Of a DNA stretch of 64,000 bases, positions 45,362-55,845 are shown one piece after another. The notes beneath the pieces were generated by a model. It saw nothing but the letters and a program-made list of their open reading frames with translations. It searched no databases and had not been told where the DNA came from. This DNA comes from Rhizaria sp. SCN 62-66 (lineage: Eukaryota), in the NCBI GenBank assembly GCA_001724265.1, contig MEDY01000320.1, positions 1 through 64,000 on the forward strand. The letters run 5' to 3'. A program made the translations under genes and the position numbers. How positions within the stretch are numbered: position 1 is the first letter of the stretch; each line of letters starts with the position of its first letter.

Positions 45362-48300
45362 TTACAGCACGTGCTGATTGTTGTCGCCAGCGTACGCCGC
45401 CGCTGCACGCCGCGGCCGCAGCGGTGATAGTGCCAGACCCGCAATGGGCCGCGCCGCCACGCTGCTCGGTGACATCGCATTGTCCGCACTTTCCACAGCG
45501 CCAGCGCCAGCGCCAGCGCCTTCGTGACCATGAGCGTGACCGTGACCGTGGGCGTGACCGTGAGCCTGGCTGTGGCTGTGCCCAGCGCGCGTGCTCATCG
45601 CGGCAACATTCGACGCGAGCCGCGTAAGCCGCGTGTGCTCCCGCAGACTCGCGCTCTCGCCCTCGCTGTCGTCGCTGTCGCTGCCCACGGCCGCCTCGGC
45701 CGCCGCCACGGCCGCGGCCGTCGCGCGCGCGCTCGGAGCACGCAGCTGCGACTGCGTGGCGTGCCCGCTGGCGTCGTACGAGTCGGACTCGGACTCGGAG
45801 TCCGCCGCGAGCCCCGCAACCGCGTGGCGGCGCCCGTTGCTTCGCTCTGCGTCGCCCATGCGCTCCGCATATGCAGCAGCGGCAGTAGCGCCGTAACTGT
45901 TGCTGTAGTTTCCGTAAAAGCCGGACGGGGACTGCGGGCGCTGCGTGAAGGGCTGCGCGAAAGACTGCCCAAACGGCTGCGCTGTTGCTGCAGCCGCGGC
46001 GGCGGCGGCGGCGGCGGCAAAGGGCGATCCGGGACGCGCGAAGGGCGGCACGTGACCGGAGGCTGAGGCAGAGGTGGCGGCGGACAGCGATGTAGACGCG
46101 AAGTGCGAGGCCCACGTCGGCGCAGCTGCAGTGGCAAATGGAGACTGTAAACGCGCAAACTGCGACTGCTGCGGGTGATGTTCCTGCTGGTGTTGCTGTT
46201 GCGCAGCAAAGCCTGAGCCAAACGTCGGCGTCGCGGAGACAGGGTGCGCGCGGCCGACGCTGCGACTTACGCCGTGACTCTGCGCGTTGCGCAAGTGGCC
46301 GTGAGCAGGCCTCAACGCAGGTGTCGCGTCGCCCATCGCGCAATTCGCAAGATTCGCGCTGGCGGCAGAGTTGCGGTGTTGAGCGCCGCGGACAGGCGGG
46401 GGCTTGCCGCTGCGACTGCCACCGCCAGTGCCAGTGCCGCAGTCGCCGCCACCGTCGCGGCGGTGTGACCGCGTACTGCGTCCGTCGTCGCGGCTGGAAC
46501 TCCTGCTCCGACTGCGGCTGCGTCTAGGGCTGGGACTGAGACCGTGGCGGCCAGACCGGTGCTGCGAGCGTGAATCGCGCCTGTCGTCGTGTTCGCGGAG
46601 GCTGCTGAGGCGGCTGCTGTGGCGGCGGTCGCTGGCGGGTTCGCCGCGCCTGTCGCTCACACGCCTGCTCTCGTGCCGACGTCCTGCGCTGCGACTGCCG
46701 CTGCTGTGGCTGTGGCGACGGCCAGTCTCCTGCGCATCCTCCTGTTCCCACTCGCTCTCGCTGTGGTTCTCATTGTAGTACTGCTGCTGCTGCTGCTGTT
46801 GCTGTACGCCGTGGCCCGCGATAGCGTCTTCATCTTCGCCGTCTCCCATTGTAGTCCCCGCACTGTTACTATGGGCGTGGGGCGCGGAGACGCGGGGCGC
46901 GGCGCGGGCGTCGGGGCGCGCGCTGCGGCTGCCGGCGTGGTGCGCGCGCGGCTGCGGCGCGGGCGAGTGCGGCCGCGAGTGCGCACGCGCCGAGTGCCCG
47001 TGTGACTTCGACTGCGAGTGCGCGTGCTGTGTGCGCGCGGCGAATGCGGCAAAGGGCGACGCGAGCGCGGCGAACGGGGAGGCGAAGGCGCCCGCCACCG
47101 CGGCGGCCACTGCGGCGGCCGTGCTTGTCACATCGGCCGCGGTCGAGCCGCCGCCAAACACGTGTTGCTGCTGCACTGACGACGGTGACGACGACTGTGA
47201 GTACGAGTGACCGTGGGCAGGGTGACCGTGAGCGCCCCATGCCGCACTGGCCGGTGACGCGGGCCGCCATGGCGACTGCGGGCGCGCGCCGTTGTGCGCG
47301 TGCGACTGCGCAAACATGGCCGCAGAAAGCGGACTGTGCGGCCGCGGCGGCATGCCCAAGCCACCGTGCGTGCGATAGCGGTGATGATCACCGCCGTGCA
47401 GTCCGCCAGCGCTGGCGCCGCCGGAAAGCGGCAGCGACAGCGGCGACGACCAGAGTGAGCGCGCGGGCGGCGCGGCAGTGGCGGAGTTACCGTCGGCCGC
47501 AGCAACACCGCGCGCCTCAGCCAGGAGCTTGAGTGAGGGCGGCAGCGGCAGCGGCATGGCGGCCGGAGTCACTGCGGGCGGCGATGCCTGCGACTGAGAC
47601 TGTTGGGACTGAGACTGGAACTGGGATTGTGCAGTGGCAGAGCCCGGGCCTGCGGCAGCGCTGCCAGTCGCGTGCCAAGGACGGCGCGCCGCAGCAGTAG
47701 CGGCTGCGTCAGCGTCGTCGCCAAAGTCGGAGTCGGCGTCAGAGGCCGAGTCCGGCTCGAGACCGCGCGGCCTCATACCGGGCATCGGCCCGCGGACCGC
47801 GCGCCGCGCGCTGCTGCTAGACGGCACCGACGCGCCCGCTCCAGCCGCAGCCGCAGTTCCAGCAGCGGAAGGGCCAAGTGCCGGTGTGGCGGCGCCGAAG
47901 AGGTACGACTTGACGGCGCCAAACAGCGTCGATGCCGACCCATCCGCTGCATCCGCCGTTGCTCGTGCTTGACCGGGACCGTGAGCATGACTGTAAGCGC
48001 GACCGTGAGTGCCCGGTGTAGGAGAGTCAGAGAGATGGAGCGCGCGGATGCCGCGGCGCACTGCGTCCGGCGCAGGGGCCGCTAAGGCCGCGGGAGCATT
48101 CGCGTTTGCAGAATCTGCGGGGGCAGGATGACCACCGGCTGCGAGGGCTGCAAAGAGCTGACCGAGCCTAGGCTGCTGCTCCTTTTGCGGACGCTGGGGG
48201 CCGCCACGCAGCTGCTGCTGGTGCTGCTGCTGCTGTTGTTGTTGTTGTGCGTGCGGTTGCGGCAGCGGGGGCAGAGATGTTTTGTCCGCATCAGCGTCAG

Positions 48301-51097
48301 CATCGGCGATATGGCCAGACACAGAGTGCGAGACTGTGGTCATGGCAGCGACCGTGAGCGCAGAGGCAGCGTCGTCGCTCGCGGCGGCCACAAACACCGT
48401 CCCAGGCGCAACATCACCCGTGTCGTTGCGAGCATCCTTGGTGGAAGCTGTGGCCGCCGGAAACAGTGTGCGCATCGCAACGCGCGCAGCGGCCCTCAGT
48501 ATCACGCGCATCGCACCGGCGCCGGCGACCAGCGCAGCGATGATAACCCCGGGTAGCGCCGCGAGCGCGAACGCGAGGATGCGGAGCAGCGCAGTGAGCC
48601 CCATGGCGATTGCCGCGCCGGCGACGGCGAGGATGATGATCAGCGGGCCGGTGCGCGTGGACAGTGTGGCGGCCGAGAAGAGCGCCAGAGCACAGGCGCG
48701 CAGTACGGAGGCCCAGGCAGACGCCGGCGCGCGCACGCAGTAGCACGGGAGAGCCGTCGCCGCAGCCACGTCCACACCCGCCAAGTCCGGCCAGCACTGT
48801 GCACAGACTGCGCCGTTCGCGGTGACATCCGGGGGAGGCAGCGCGCGGTGTGAGAGCAGCGCGGTCCAGGCGCGGCGCGCGGCGAGTGCGCGGCGCGGGG
48901 GATACCAGCTGCGGCGCGCGGCGGCGTCCACGAGCGCGCTGCCCGCAGCACCGCGCGCGCGGGCAGCGGCTGCGGCGGCCCAGCCGGGAGCGAACGGGCC
49001 CGCATTGACACTGCTCACTGCGGCGGCGGCATTAGTAGCAATATCGTCATCGTCGTCGTTGTCGTCGTCGCGGCAATTGCTGTGGCAACGCGCAGAGGGC
49101 TCGCGGAGCAAGAGCGCAAGCGCGGGCCGAGGGGCGAGCCAAAGCAGCGCGCGCACCGAGACGTCCATAGCGACGTCCGCTGCAGTCACCGCAGCCTTCG
49201 CGGCCAGCGCCGCTGAGTCCAACTCTGCCTCCACAGCATCGCCGGTGATCGCAGCGGAACCGGCGCCAGCAGCAGCGCGGGCAGGCGTTAAATCAGACCC
49301 TGCATCAGAGGCAGAGGCAGCAAAAGACTCATTAGCAGCAGCGCGCGCGTGTTTGCGCCGCCCCTCGCCTGGACTCCCGCCCGCCGCCGCGGCAACAGCG
49401 TTTCGCGCCGTTGCAGCATCGGTTGCAGCCGCGTTCGGGTTCGCGGCGGTGTGCGCGTGAGGCAGCGAGAGCACCGCGGCGAGGTACTGCTCAGTGCGGC
49501 GGCGGTGCTCCTCAACAGCAGCGGCGCAGTCGCGGCAAAGAGCGCCGTGGCGGAACGACAGCGCGGCCTCGCGCCGCCGCCGCGCTGCGGGGCCCGTCTC
49601 CGACCGCTGCTGCGAGTCACCACCCGCGCCATACCCAGTGCCACCGGCGTCAGAGACTGAGGCTGAGGCTGAGGCTGAGGCTAAGACTGGGAGGGCGTCG
49701 GTGCTCCGGTCAGCAAGTTTGGCGCCCTCAGCGGCGAGACAGGGCGCGCACAGAACCGGCGCCGCGGGGGGCAGCGGCTGCCGGCGGTGCGCGAAACCAG
49801 AACCAAGACCAGAACCCGAGCCAGAGCCAAAATCAGAAGTCAAGCCCAAAGTCACAGAGGCGCGAGTGGGGACCGTGAGCGTGGCAGTCGCGGCGACTGC
49901 GGGGTCGGCATCGGTCGCGGACGCCTGCCGTTGCTGTTGGGCTAGGGCCCATACTGCGGCGGCGGGGGGCGGCACGGGGACCGGCAGCGGCAGACACCCG
50001 CAGGCGCAGACCGCCCGCGCCAGCGCAGAGAGCGACCGCAGCGTCGACCGCAACAACGCGCGAGAGAGTCCCGTCTTCCCCCCGGTGTGAAACGGCCCGG
50101 TGTGAAGCGAACCGGCCGGGTAGCCGTTGGGCTCGCCGCAGTGCACGCAGCACCACAGCGGCGCTGGCTCGGCGCCAGAAGCGCTCTGAGTCTGACCGTG
50201 ACTCTGGCCGTGACCGGTGTGGCTGTGGGCGAAGGCGGACTCGGCGCCAAGGGCGATAGGCGTGTTCTCTGCGTCCGAGTCTGAGCTGGCCGAATCTGAC
50301 TCCGCGTCATCGTCGTCGTCGTTAAAGGAAATGCCGTAGCGGCGCGCGCGGAGGGGCTTGGCTGATTTGCCGTTGCTCTTGCCCGCGCTGCCACGCACAG
50401 TCTCATCACCGTCGCTGTCATCCTCGTCGTCGTCGTCGCTGCTGTTTAGACCGATCTTGCTGCAGTGGCTGATGGCCGCGGCGTAGATGAGTCGAACGGC
50501 AAATACCGCAGCGCGCGCGGCGGCGAGCGGCAGCAGCGCGAGCGCGGCGGCCACGGCGACGATGTCGGCGACCGCGGTGGCGACGCCGCGCAGCACGGCC
50601 GCCACGGGCGCGGCGACAGCGGCCGCGAGCAGTGCGGAGGTTACGAACGCAGCACTGGTGGCAGCGGGGAGAGACGCGGGTAACGCGCGCGCGACGGCGA
50701 GGAGTGCGGGCAAGGCCCGCGGAGAACGCGCGGCAAGCACCCAGGGCTGCAGCAGCAGCGGGCAGCCGGCGGGGACGAGCGCAGCGGTGTCAGCGTCAGC
50801 AGCGTCAGCAGCAGAGTCGGCGGAAGCGTCATCAGAGGAGGAATCAGTGAGGGCGGGGGGAGGGGCGACCCAGGAGGGTGCGTGGCAGGCCCAGCAGCGG
50901 CGGCGCGTGCGGGCAAGACAGCAACGGTAGAGGCAACACGAAAGAATAGCCGCGCTGCTGGAGAGCGCGAGGCGGATCACAACGGCGGCGAGCAGGAGCG
51001 CACCACAGACGAGGTATATCGTTGAGAATATGTCGGTCGACACGTACAGGACGCTGTCAAGCGCGGTCGGCGCCAGGTAAGTCATCGGGGACGACAT
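45362..51097 (-). CDS. Ima1/TMEM201(Samp1)-like inner nuclear membrane protein (1911 aa)
   Basis: N-terminal hydrophobic helix, then four spaced CxxC pairs matching the Ima1_N pattern (CWAC, WCCVHCGEPNGY, LCAPC, LCRDCAAAV), further hydrophobic helices, and a long disordered tail; ends in TAA. Confidence 0.6.
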   Translation of the reverse strand: MSSPMTYLAPTALDSVLYVSTDIFSTIYLVCGALLLAAVVIRLALSSSAAILSCCLYRCCLARTRRRCWACHAPSWVAPPPALTDSSSDDASADSAADAADADTAALVPAGCPLLLQPWVLAARSPRALPALLAVARALPASLPAATSAAFVTSALLAAAVAAPVAAVLRGVATAVADIVAVAAALALLPLAAARAAVFAVRLIYAAAISHCSKIGLNSSDDDDEDDSDGDETVRGSAGKSNGKSAKPLRARRYGISFNDDDDDAESDSASSDSDAENTPIALGAESAFAHSHTGHGQSHGQTQSASGAEPAPLWCCVHCGEPNGYPAGSLHTGPFHTGGKTGLSRALLRSTLRSLSALARAVCACGCLPLPVPVPPPAAAVWALAQQQRQASATDADPAVAATATLTVPTRASVTLGLTSDFGSGSGSGLGSGFAHRRQPLPPAAPVLCAPCLAAEGAKLADRSTDALPVLASASASASVSDAGGTGYGAGGDSQQRSETGPAARRRREAALSFRHGALCRDCAAAVEEHRRRTEQYLAAVLSLPHAHTAANPNAAATDAATARNAVAAAAGGSPGEGRRKHARAAANESFAASASDAGSDLTPARAAAGAGSAAITGDAVEAELDSAALAAKAAVTAADVAMDVSVRALLWLAPRPALALLLREPSARCHSNCRDDDNDDDDDIATNAAAAVSSVNAGPFAPGWAAAAAARARGAAGSALVDAAARRSWYPPRRALAARRAWTALLSHRALPPPDVTANGAVCAQCWPDLAGVDVAAATALPCYCVRAPASAWASVLRACALALFSAATLSTRTGPLIIILAVAGAAIAMGLTALLRILAFALAALPGVIIAALVAGAGAMRVILRAAARVAMRTLFPAATASTKDARNDTGDVAPGTVFVAAASDDAASALTVAAMTTVSHSVSGHIADADADADKTSLPPLPQPHAQQQQQQQQHQQQLRGGPQRPQKEQQPRLGQLFAALAAGGHPAPADSANANAPAALAAPAPDAVRRGIRALHLSDSPTPGTHGRAYSHAHGPGQARATADAADGSASTLFGAVKSYLFGAATPALGPSAAGTAAAAGAGASVPSSSSARRAVRGPMPGMRPRGLEPDSASDADSDFGDDADAAATAAARRPWHATGSAAAGPGSATAQSQFQSQSQQSQSQASPPAVTPAAMPLPLPPSLKLLAEARGVAAADGNSATAAPPARSLWSSPLSLPLSGGASAGGLHGGDHHRYRTHGGLGMPPRPHSPLSAAMFAQSHAHNGARPQSPWRPASPASAAWGAHGHPAHGHSYSQSSSPSSVQQQHVFGGGSTAADVTSTAAAVAAAVAGAFASPFAALASPFAAFAARTQHAHSQSKSHGHSARAHSRPHSPAPQPRAHHAGSRSARPDARAAPRVSAPHAHSNSAGTTMGDGEDEDAIAGHGVQQQQQQQQYYNENHSESEWEQEDAQETGRRHSHSSGSRSAGRRHESRRVSDRRGEPASDRRHSSRLSSLREHDDRRDSRSQHRSGRHGLSPSPRRSRSRSRSSSRDDGRSTRSHRRDGGGDCGTGTGGGSRSGKPPPVRGAQHRNSAASANLANCAMGDATPALRPAHGHLRNAQSHGVSRSVGRAHPVSATPTFGSGFAAQQQHQQEHHPQQSQFARLQSPFATAAAPTWASHFASTSLSAATSASASGHVPPFARPGSPFAAAAAAAAAAATAQPFGQSFAQPFTQRPQSPSGFYGNYSNSYGATAAAAYAERMGDAERSNGRRHAVAGLAADSESESDSYDASGHATQSQLRAPSARATAAAVAAAEAAVGSDSDDSEGESASLREHTRLTRLASNVAAMSTRAGHSHSQAHGHAHGHGHAHGHEGAGAGAGAVESADNAMSPSSVAARPIAGLALSPLRPRRAAAAYAGDNNQHVL

Positions 51098-51563
51098 TTT
51101 TTGTAGGGAAGTAGCAGGCTGCGCTGCCCACGCGCTTGCTTAGAGTCAAGGTGAAGCGATGGCAGTGCGAACGTGGGCAAGCAAGGCTCGAGCTGACTGG
51201 CCAGGGCACGAGCAAGGAAAAGATCGTGGAAATGAAAGTCATACGAAAACCTTGTAAGCTATATCTTTAGTATAATGCACCTTTAGTAATTTTAAACAAG
51301 GAAACTCGTGTATCTCAGTCTAAGAATAGTAATCAATGCTGATATGCCAAAAATATGGATAACTCCATAGGGAGCGCTCACACGGTCTTCAGCGCGATCG
51401 ACATAGCCGTGTTCCGGTAAACTTGACTTGTGACCTGTATAATCCGACAGTGGAAGTGCGGTCGAGATGTATAATTCAACTATCTTTCAGGAGCTTTATG
51501 TAATTTTCATACTCATACCGTCGTCTATCTTCCTTCTATATTCCCTCAGAGCCCCACTCTGCC

Positions 51564-54500
51564 ATGTCTGTGCGTGTGGGCACCTCCGGCCTGCCTGCCG
51601 GAACCCCCAGTGTGACTTCCCCTTCACACGCCATCCTGGCCTCGCTTGTGGATCAAGATGACGCCTCCCTTGTTAGCCACGCGGACCACCTGCTGAAGCT
51701 TTTCGCTGATCTCTCAATGATGTCTCTGGCGCACCACTCTACGCTGTCTTCGTCCTCGCCAGCGGCCGCTGGCGCGAGCGCGAACCAGCTTCTCGCGCGC
51801 TGGCTGGCGCGCGTCGTTGCGCTCGTCCGCTCACCCACGGCCTCGCACCAGGCCGTCGGTTTGCGCTACCTTGCCGCCGCCATCCGCGGAGCTGACCACC
51901 CCGTGCTGCTGACTCAGGGCGCGATCTGGGCCCGCTTGCTCATCGCAGCCGCGCACCCGCCCGCCAATGGTCCCTTAACCCCGACGCAGAGCACGGTCGC
52001 GGCGCTGCAGACGTTACTGCTACTGCTCGACCGCAGCACGCTCTGGCCCGACGTCTGGCGCGTCGTCTCCTCTGCGGGCTCCTCGAAGCTCGTCACACTC
52101 ACCGTCGCCGCCGTCAACGCGCTGCTCCCCGCGGCCCCCGCGTCAGCCGCGGCAGCCCCCGTGGTGTACCTGGCCGAGCTGCCCGCCGTGCTGTCGCTGC
52201 CGTCGCCCGCGGTCGCCGCGCTGGTGTTCCAGCTGCTGGGCGTGCTCCACGACTGCTTCGCGCGCCGCGCGCTGCAGCCGGCGTTCCGCGCGCAGACCCT
52301 CGCCGTCGAGGCCGTGTGCTGGCGCTGCGCCGACGTCGCGTCTGACCTCGTCTGGCTGCCCGCGCCCGCCGCGGGTGACGCAGCCGACGCCGCCGCGCTG
52401 CTGGGCGGCGGGTTCACGGTCCGCGCGCTCGCGGCTCGGGTGCTGGCGCTGCTGCCGCACGCGCAGGTTTCGCTCAAGAACGTCCAGACGCAGCTCACGC
52501 AGGCCTCGCAACTCCGCTCTTCTCACCACGCCGCCGGCTCCGGCGCTGGCGCTGGCGCTGCGCAGGGTGGCGCGACGGTCTCGCCGCTTTCTCAGTGCTT
52601 CTCGGCGACGCCGGTGCCTGTGGTGCTCACTGCGGCCACACTCCCGGTGTGTTTCGACCGAGTGCGCGCGACCTCGGCCTTCTCCGCCGACGACGCCGAC
52701 GACGACGCGACGGGCGGTTATGGCGGCGGCGACGAAGACCCGTCCTCGCACGCCACGGGCGCCGCGCCCGTCTCCTCCGGCCTCGCCGCGTCCGCCTCTG
52801 CCGCGTCCGCCGCCGCCGCCGCTGCGGGGCTCACCGGTGCGCTCTCATCTCTCACGAACCCGTGGTCGTTCTCGGCCCGCCGCGCGCTTGCCACGCTATC
52901 CGCGCTGCTGACGTCGCGCCTGCCCGCCTCCGCGCTTGCCGGCGCGGCCTTCACGCCCGTTGCGGCCGCCGCGGCGACTCTGCACGGCATCGAGCCGCTG
53001 CCGCTCTCGGCGCTGCCGCCGGGCGCCGGGCTGTCCTCGGCCGCCGCTGTCGCCGCGCGTGCGTCGTCGGTCTTCGCGCTGCTGCGGTTCCTGCTCACGG
53101 CACAGCCCGCCGCAGCGCCGCTCGCGCTGGGCGATCCCGCCGTGGCGGCCGCGCTCGCCGCCGCAGACGCAGCCTCCGCGGGCCAGGGCCAGGGCCATGG
53201 CGCAGGCGCGGGCGCGGGCGCAGGCGGCGTCTCGGGCACCGCGATGAACGCGCTCGCCGTGACGGGGCTCAACACCACGGGCGCGGGCAAGTTTAGCAGC
53301 AACACGACCTCCGCCGCCGCGGCCGCCGCGCTGGCGGGCGCTGTGCTGCCGCTGCCGTCGACGACCTTCACGGGCGCTTTCCCGCTCTACGAGGCGCTGT
53401 CGCTGCTGCAGGGCGTGCTCTCGCTTGAGCCGCTGCCCACCGCGGGCGCCGCCGGCGCCGGCCTGGCTGACGCCGCGCGCCTCTCCCCGCTCGCGTTCGC
53501 CACGGTGCTGCCGCAGCTGCAGCTCGAGGCGCTGGCGCTGCTGCGCACGCTCATCGCCGCCGCGGGCCGTGCGCTGCTTCCGTACGCACGATCGGTCGCT
53601 CTATGGCTCACGGCGTTCATCGCTGCCACGGCCTCCACGCCCGCCGCGGCCTCGCTCGGCTCTAGCGCTAGTGCGAACGCGCTTGTGCAGATCCCGGCGT
53701 CGTCAGTCGCGTCCCCGCTCTGGCGCGCGCGGCTCCGCACGTCCGCCTTCGCATGCGCGGCCGCGCTGGTGACTGCGCTGGGTGTAGCCACACTGCGCAC
53801 GGCGCTCGTTTCGCGCGCTCTGCCCTCTGCGCTCGCTGACGCCGCCGTGGCCGTCACGCGCGCGCTCGCCGCGGCTCGCGAGGCCTCGCGCAGCGGCGCG
53901 GGCGCGGCGCTGCTGGGCGTTGCCGCCACGGGCGCCAGCGCCTCGGCCGACGCGGGGGACGACGACGGGCCCGGCAGCGCGGCGCGCAACCGGCGCCGCG
54001 CAAAGAAGGCGCGCAAGCTGGAGCTGCTGGCGTCGCTCCCCACGGCGTCGATGGGCAGCACGGGCAAGAGCACCGAGCAGTCGGGCCGCAACGGCGACAA
54101 CGTCAAGCGCGGCAAGGCTAAGGCCGCCGACGACGACAGCGACGATGACAGTGACGACGACGACGACGAGGATGATGCTGCCGCACGCGCCGCCGAGGCC
54201 GCCCGTGAGGCCGAGTCCGCGGCGCAGCGCGCGTCTGGCGGCCACGGCATCGCCGTCTCGCAGAACGTGCTCGCCGCGACGCTGCGCGACCTGGCGCAGT
54301 ACCGCGTGTCGCCCACCGGCACTCCCGCGCGGTCTTTTGGCTCTGACGCCGACGCCGTGGCTTCGCACGCTGCCGTGGTCGCCGCGCTGGGCTTCCTCAC
54401 CGCCGTCGTGCGCTCCCCGGCCGCGGCGTCGGTGCTCTCGCTCGACGAGCGCGCCGCGATCGACTGCACGCTGCTCACCGTCACGCTCGCGCTTGCGGAC

Positions 54501-55511
54501 GACTGCGGCGGCGCCGCGCTGCCGCTGCCCGCCGCCGTGCCGCGCGCTCTCTACGCGCTGCTGCTGGCCGCGCTCAAGCTGCCGTCGACGCAGCCCGCCG
54601 CGCTGTCGGCGCTGCTGCCCTACGCAGTCCGCGCGTTCACCGCGGCCGCAGTGTCGCCTGACGCCGTGATCGCCGCCACATGCCGCGACGGGCTGCAATG
54701 GGCGCGCGCCGCGGTCAACCCAGCGGCGCCGCCGCCGTCGCTGCCCGCGGCCACCGTCACCGCGCTCGCCCGCGCGCGCGCCAACGCCGAGGCCGCGGCC
54801 AGCGTCGCGCCCGTCGCCGCGGCCCCCGCGGGCTACGGCTGGGCGGGTGCGCCCAGCGGTGGCAGCTCCATGGGCGGCTTCGGCATCGACGCCAGTGCGA
54901 TGGGTGGCAGCAGCGGCTCGCAGGGCGCGGACTCGAGCTTCCCGCTGCACTTGTTCCACTACCAGCGTCTGTTCAGCTACTGCGACGTCTCCGCCGAGGC
55001 TGACGCGGCGGACCGCGCTGCCCCCGCCGCCGCCGCCGCCGCCACAGCGCGCCCGGCGCCCGGTGTGCTGCTTAAGGCCGTGCCCGCGCCCGGTGTCGCC
55101 ACTGCTCGCCCCGCTTCTGCCACCTCCGCCGCCGCTTCTACTGCTGCTGTCACGAAGACTGTCACTGCGCCCGCTGTCACGGCAGACGCTGTTGCTCACG
55201 CGGCCGCTGCGCCGGGCGTCATCGAGCGCATGGACGACAGCAACACCGCCGATGCTGCTGCAGTCACCGTCGACGCCGAGCCCGCTATCTCCGCGGCAGC
55301 CGTGGCAGCTGACGCTGCTGCTGCTGCGTCGTCGGGACCACTGGAGACGATCAACGTTGATCTTGGCGGTGACGCCGACGGCAGCGACGCCGAGGGCGCA
55401 GCTGCGGGAGGTGAGACTGAGGACTTTGCCGCTCCGGTCGAGATGGTGATGGGCGACGACGACGTTGACGTTGACGCGGATGAGTCCGGCGCGGGCCTCT
55501 GGGCCCTGTGA
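51564..55511 (+). CDS. RIX1/PELP1-like pre-rRNA processing (rixosome) protein
   Basis: N-terminal LLARWLARVVALVRS..AVGLRYL..GAIWARLL resembles the RIX1 domain; helical-repeat body (VLPQLQLEALALLRTLIAAAGRALLPY), a terminal VNPAAPP motif and an acidic tail; ends in TGA. Confidence 0.6.
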   Translation: MSVRVGTSGLPAGTPSVTSPSHAILASLVDQDDASLVSHADHLLKLFADLSMMSLAHHSTLSSSSPAAAGASANQLLARWLARVVALVRSPTASHQAVGLRYLAAAIRGADHPVLLTQGAIWARLLIAAAHPPANGPLTPTQSTVAALQTLLLLLDRSTLWPDVWRVVSSAGSSKLVTLTVAAVNALLPAAPASAAAAPVVYLAELPAVLSLPSPAVAALVFQLLGVLHDCFARRALQPAFRAQTLAVEAVCWRCADVASDLVWLPAPAAGDAADAAALLGGGFTVRALAARVLALLPHAQVSLKNVQTQLTQASQLRSSHHAAGSGAGAGAAQGGATVSPLSQCFSATPVPVVLTAATLPVCFDRVRATSAFSADDADDDATGGYGGGDEDPSSHATGAAPVSSGLAASASAASAAAAAAGLTGALSSLTNPWSFSARRALATLSALLTSRLPASALAGAAFTPVAAAAATLHGIEPLPLSALPPGAGLSSAAAVAARASSVFALLRFLLTAQPAAAPLALGDPAVAAALAAADAASAGQGQGHGAGAGAGAGGVSGTAMNALAVTGLNTTGAGKFSSNTTSAAAAAALAGAVLPLPSTTFTGAFPLYEALSLLQGVLSLEPLPTAGAAGAGLADAARLSPLAFATVLPQLQLEALALLRTLIAAAGRALLPYARSVALWLTAFIAATASTPAAASLGSSASANALVQIPASSVASPLWRARLRTSAFACAAALVTALGVATLRTALVSRALPSALADAAVAVTRALAAAREASRSGAGAALLGVAATGASASADAGDDDGPGSAARNRRRAKKARKLELLASLPTASMGSTGKSTEQSGRNGDNVKRGKAKAADDDSDDDSDDDDDEDDAAARAAEAAREAESAAQRASGGHGIAVSQNVLAATLRDLAQYRVSPTGTPARSFGSDADAVASHAAVVAALGFLTAVVRSPAAASVLSLDERAAIDCTLLTVTLALADDCGGAALPLPAAVPRALYALLLAALKLPSTQPAALSALLPYAVRAFTAAAVSPDAVIAATCRDGLQWARAAVNPAAPPPSLPAATVTALARARANAEAAASVAPVAAAPAGYGWAGAPSGGSSMGGFGIDASAMGGSSGSQGADSSFPLHLFHYQRLFSYCDVSAEADAADRAAPAAAAAATARPAPGVLLKAVPAPGVATARPASATSAAASTAAVTKTVTAPAVTADAVAHAAAAPGVIERMDDSNTADAAAVTVDAEPAISAAAVAADAAAAASSGPLETINVDLGGDADGSDAEGAAAGGETEDFAAPVEMVMGDDDVDVDADESGAGLWAL

Positions 55512-55845
55512 CGATGCCGGCTTGACAAAGACGTGCTGTAAGCTCTGATGCATTAACATCTTTGAATTAAAGGATGGCCACGATCATCATGTGAGTTCTC
55601 CCTATCACGAATGTACGTATTATTATAAATTGAGAACCCACTTGGCCAAAATACACTCTTTACTTTTTCATAACACATGTTCACCTTTTTTCTCTAACAC
55701 AGTTTGAAATGACATGTACATGTAGTTGTATTGTTTTAAATAGTCATTTTTTTTTGTTTAAAATATACACTGCGTAAATCGTATTGAGGGTTAGTCTCAT
55801 CCTAAATGAAATACCCTGACTAATCACTTCACGAAAAGCTTCACT

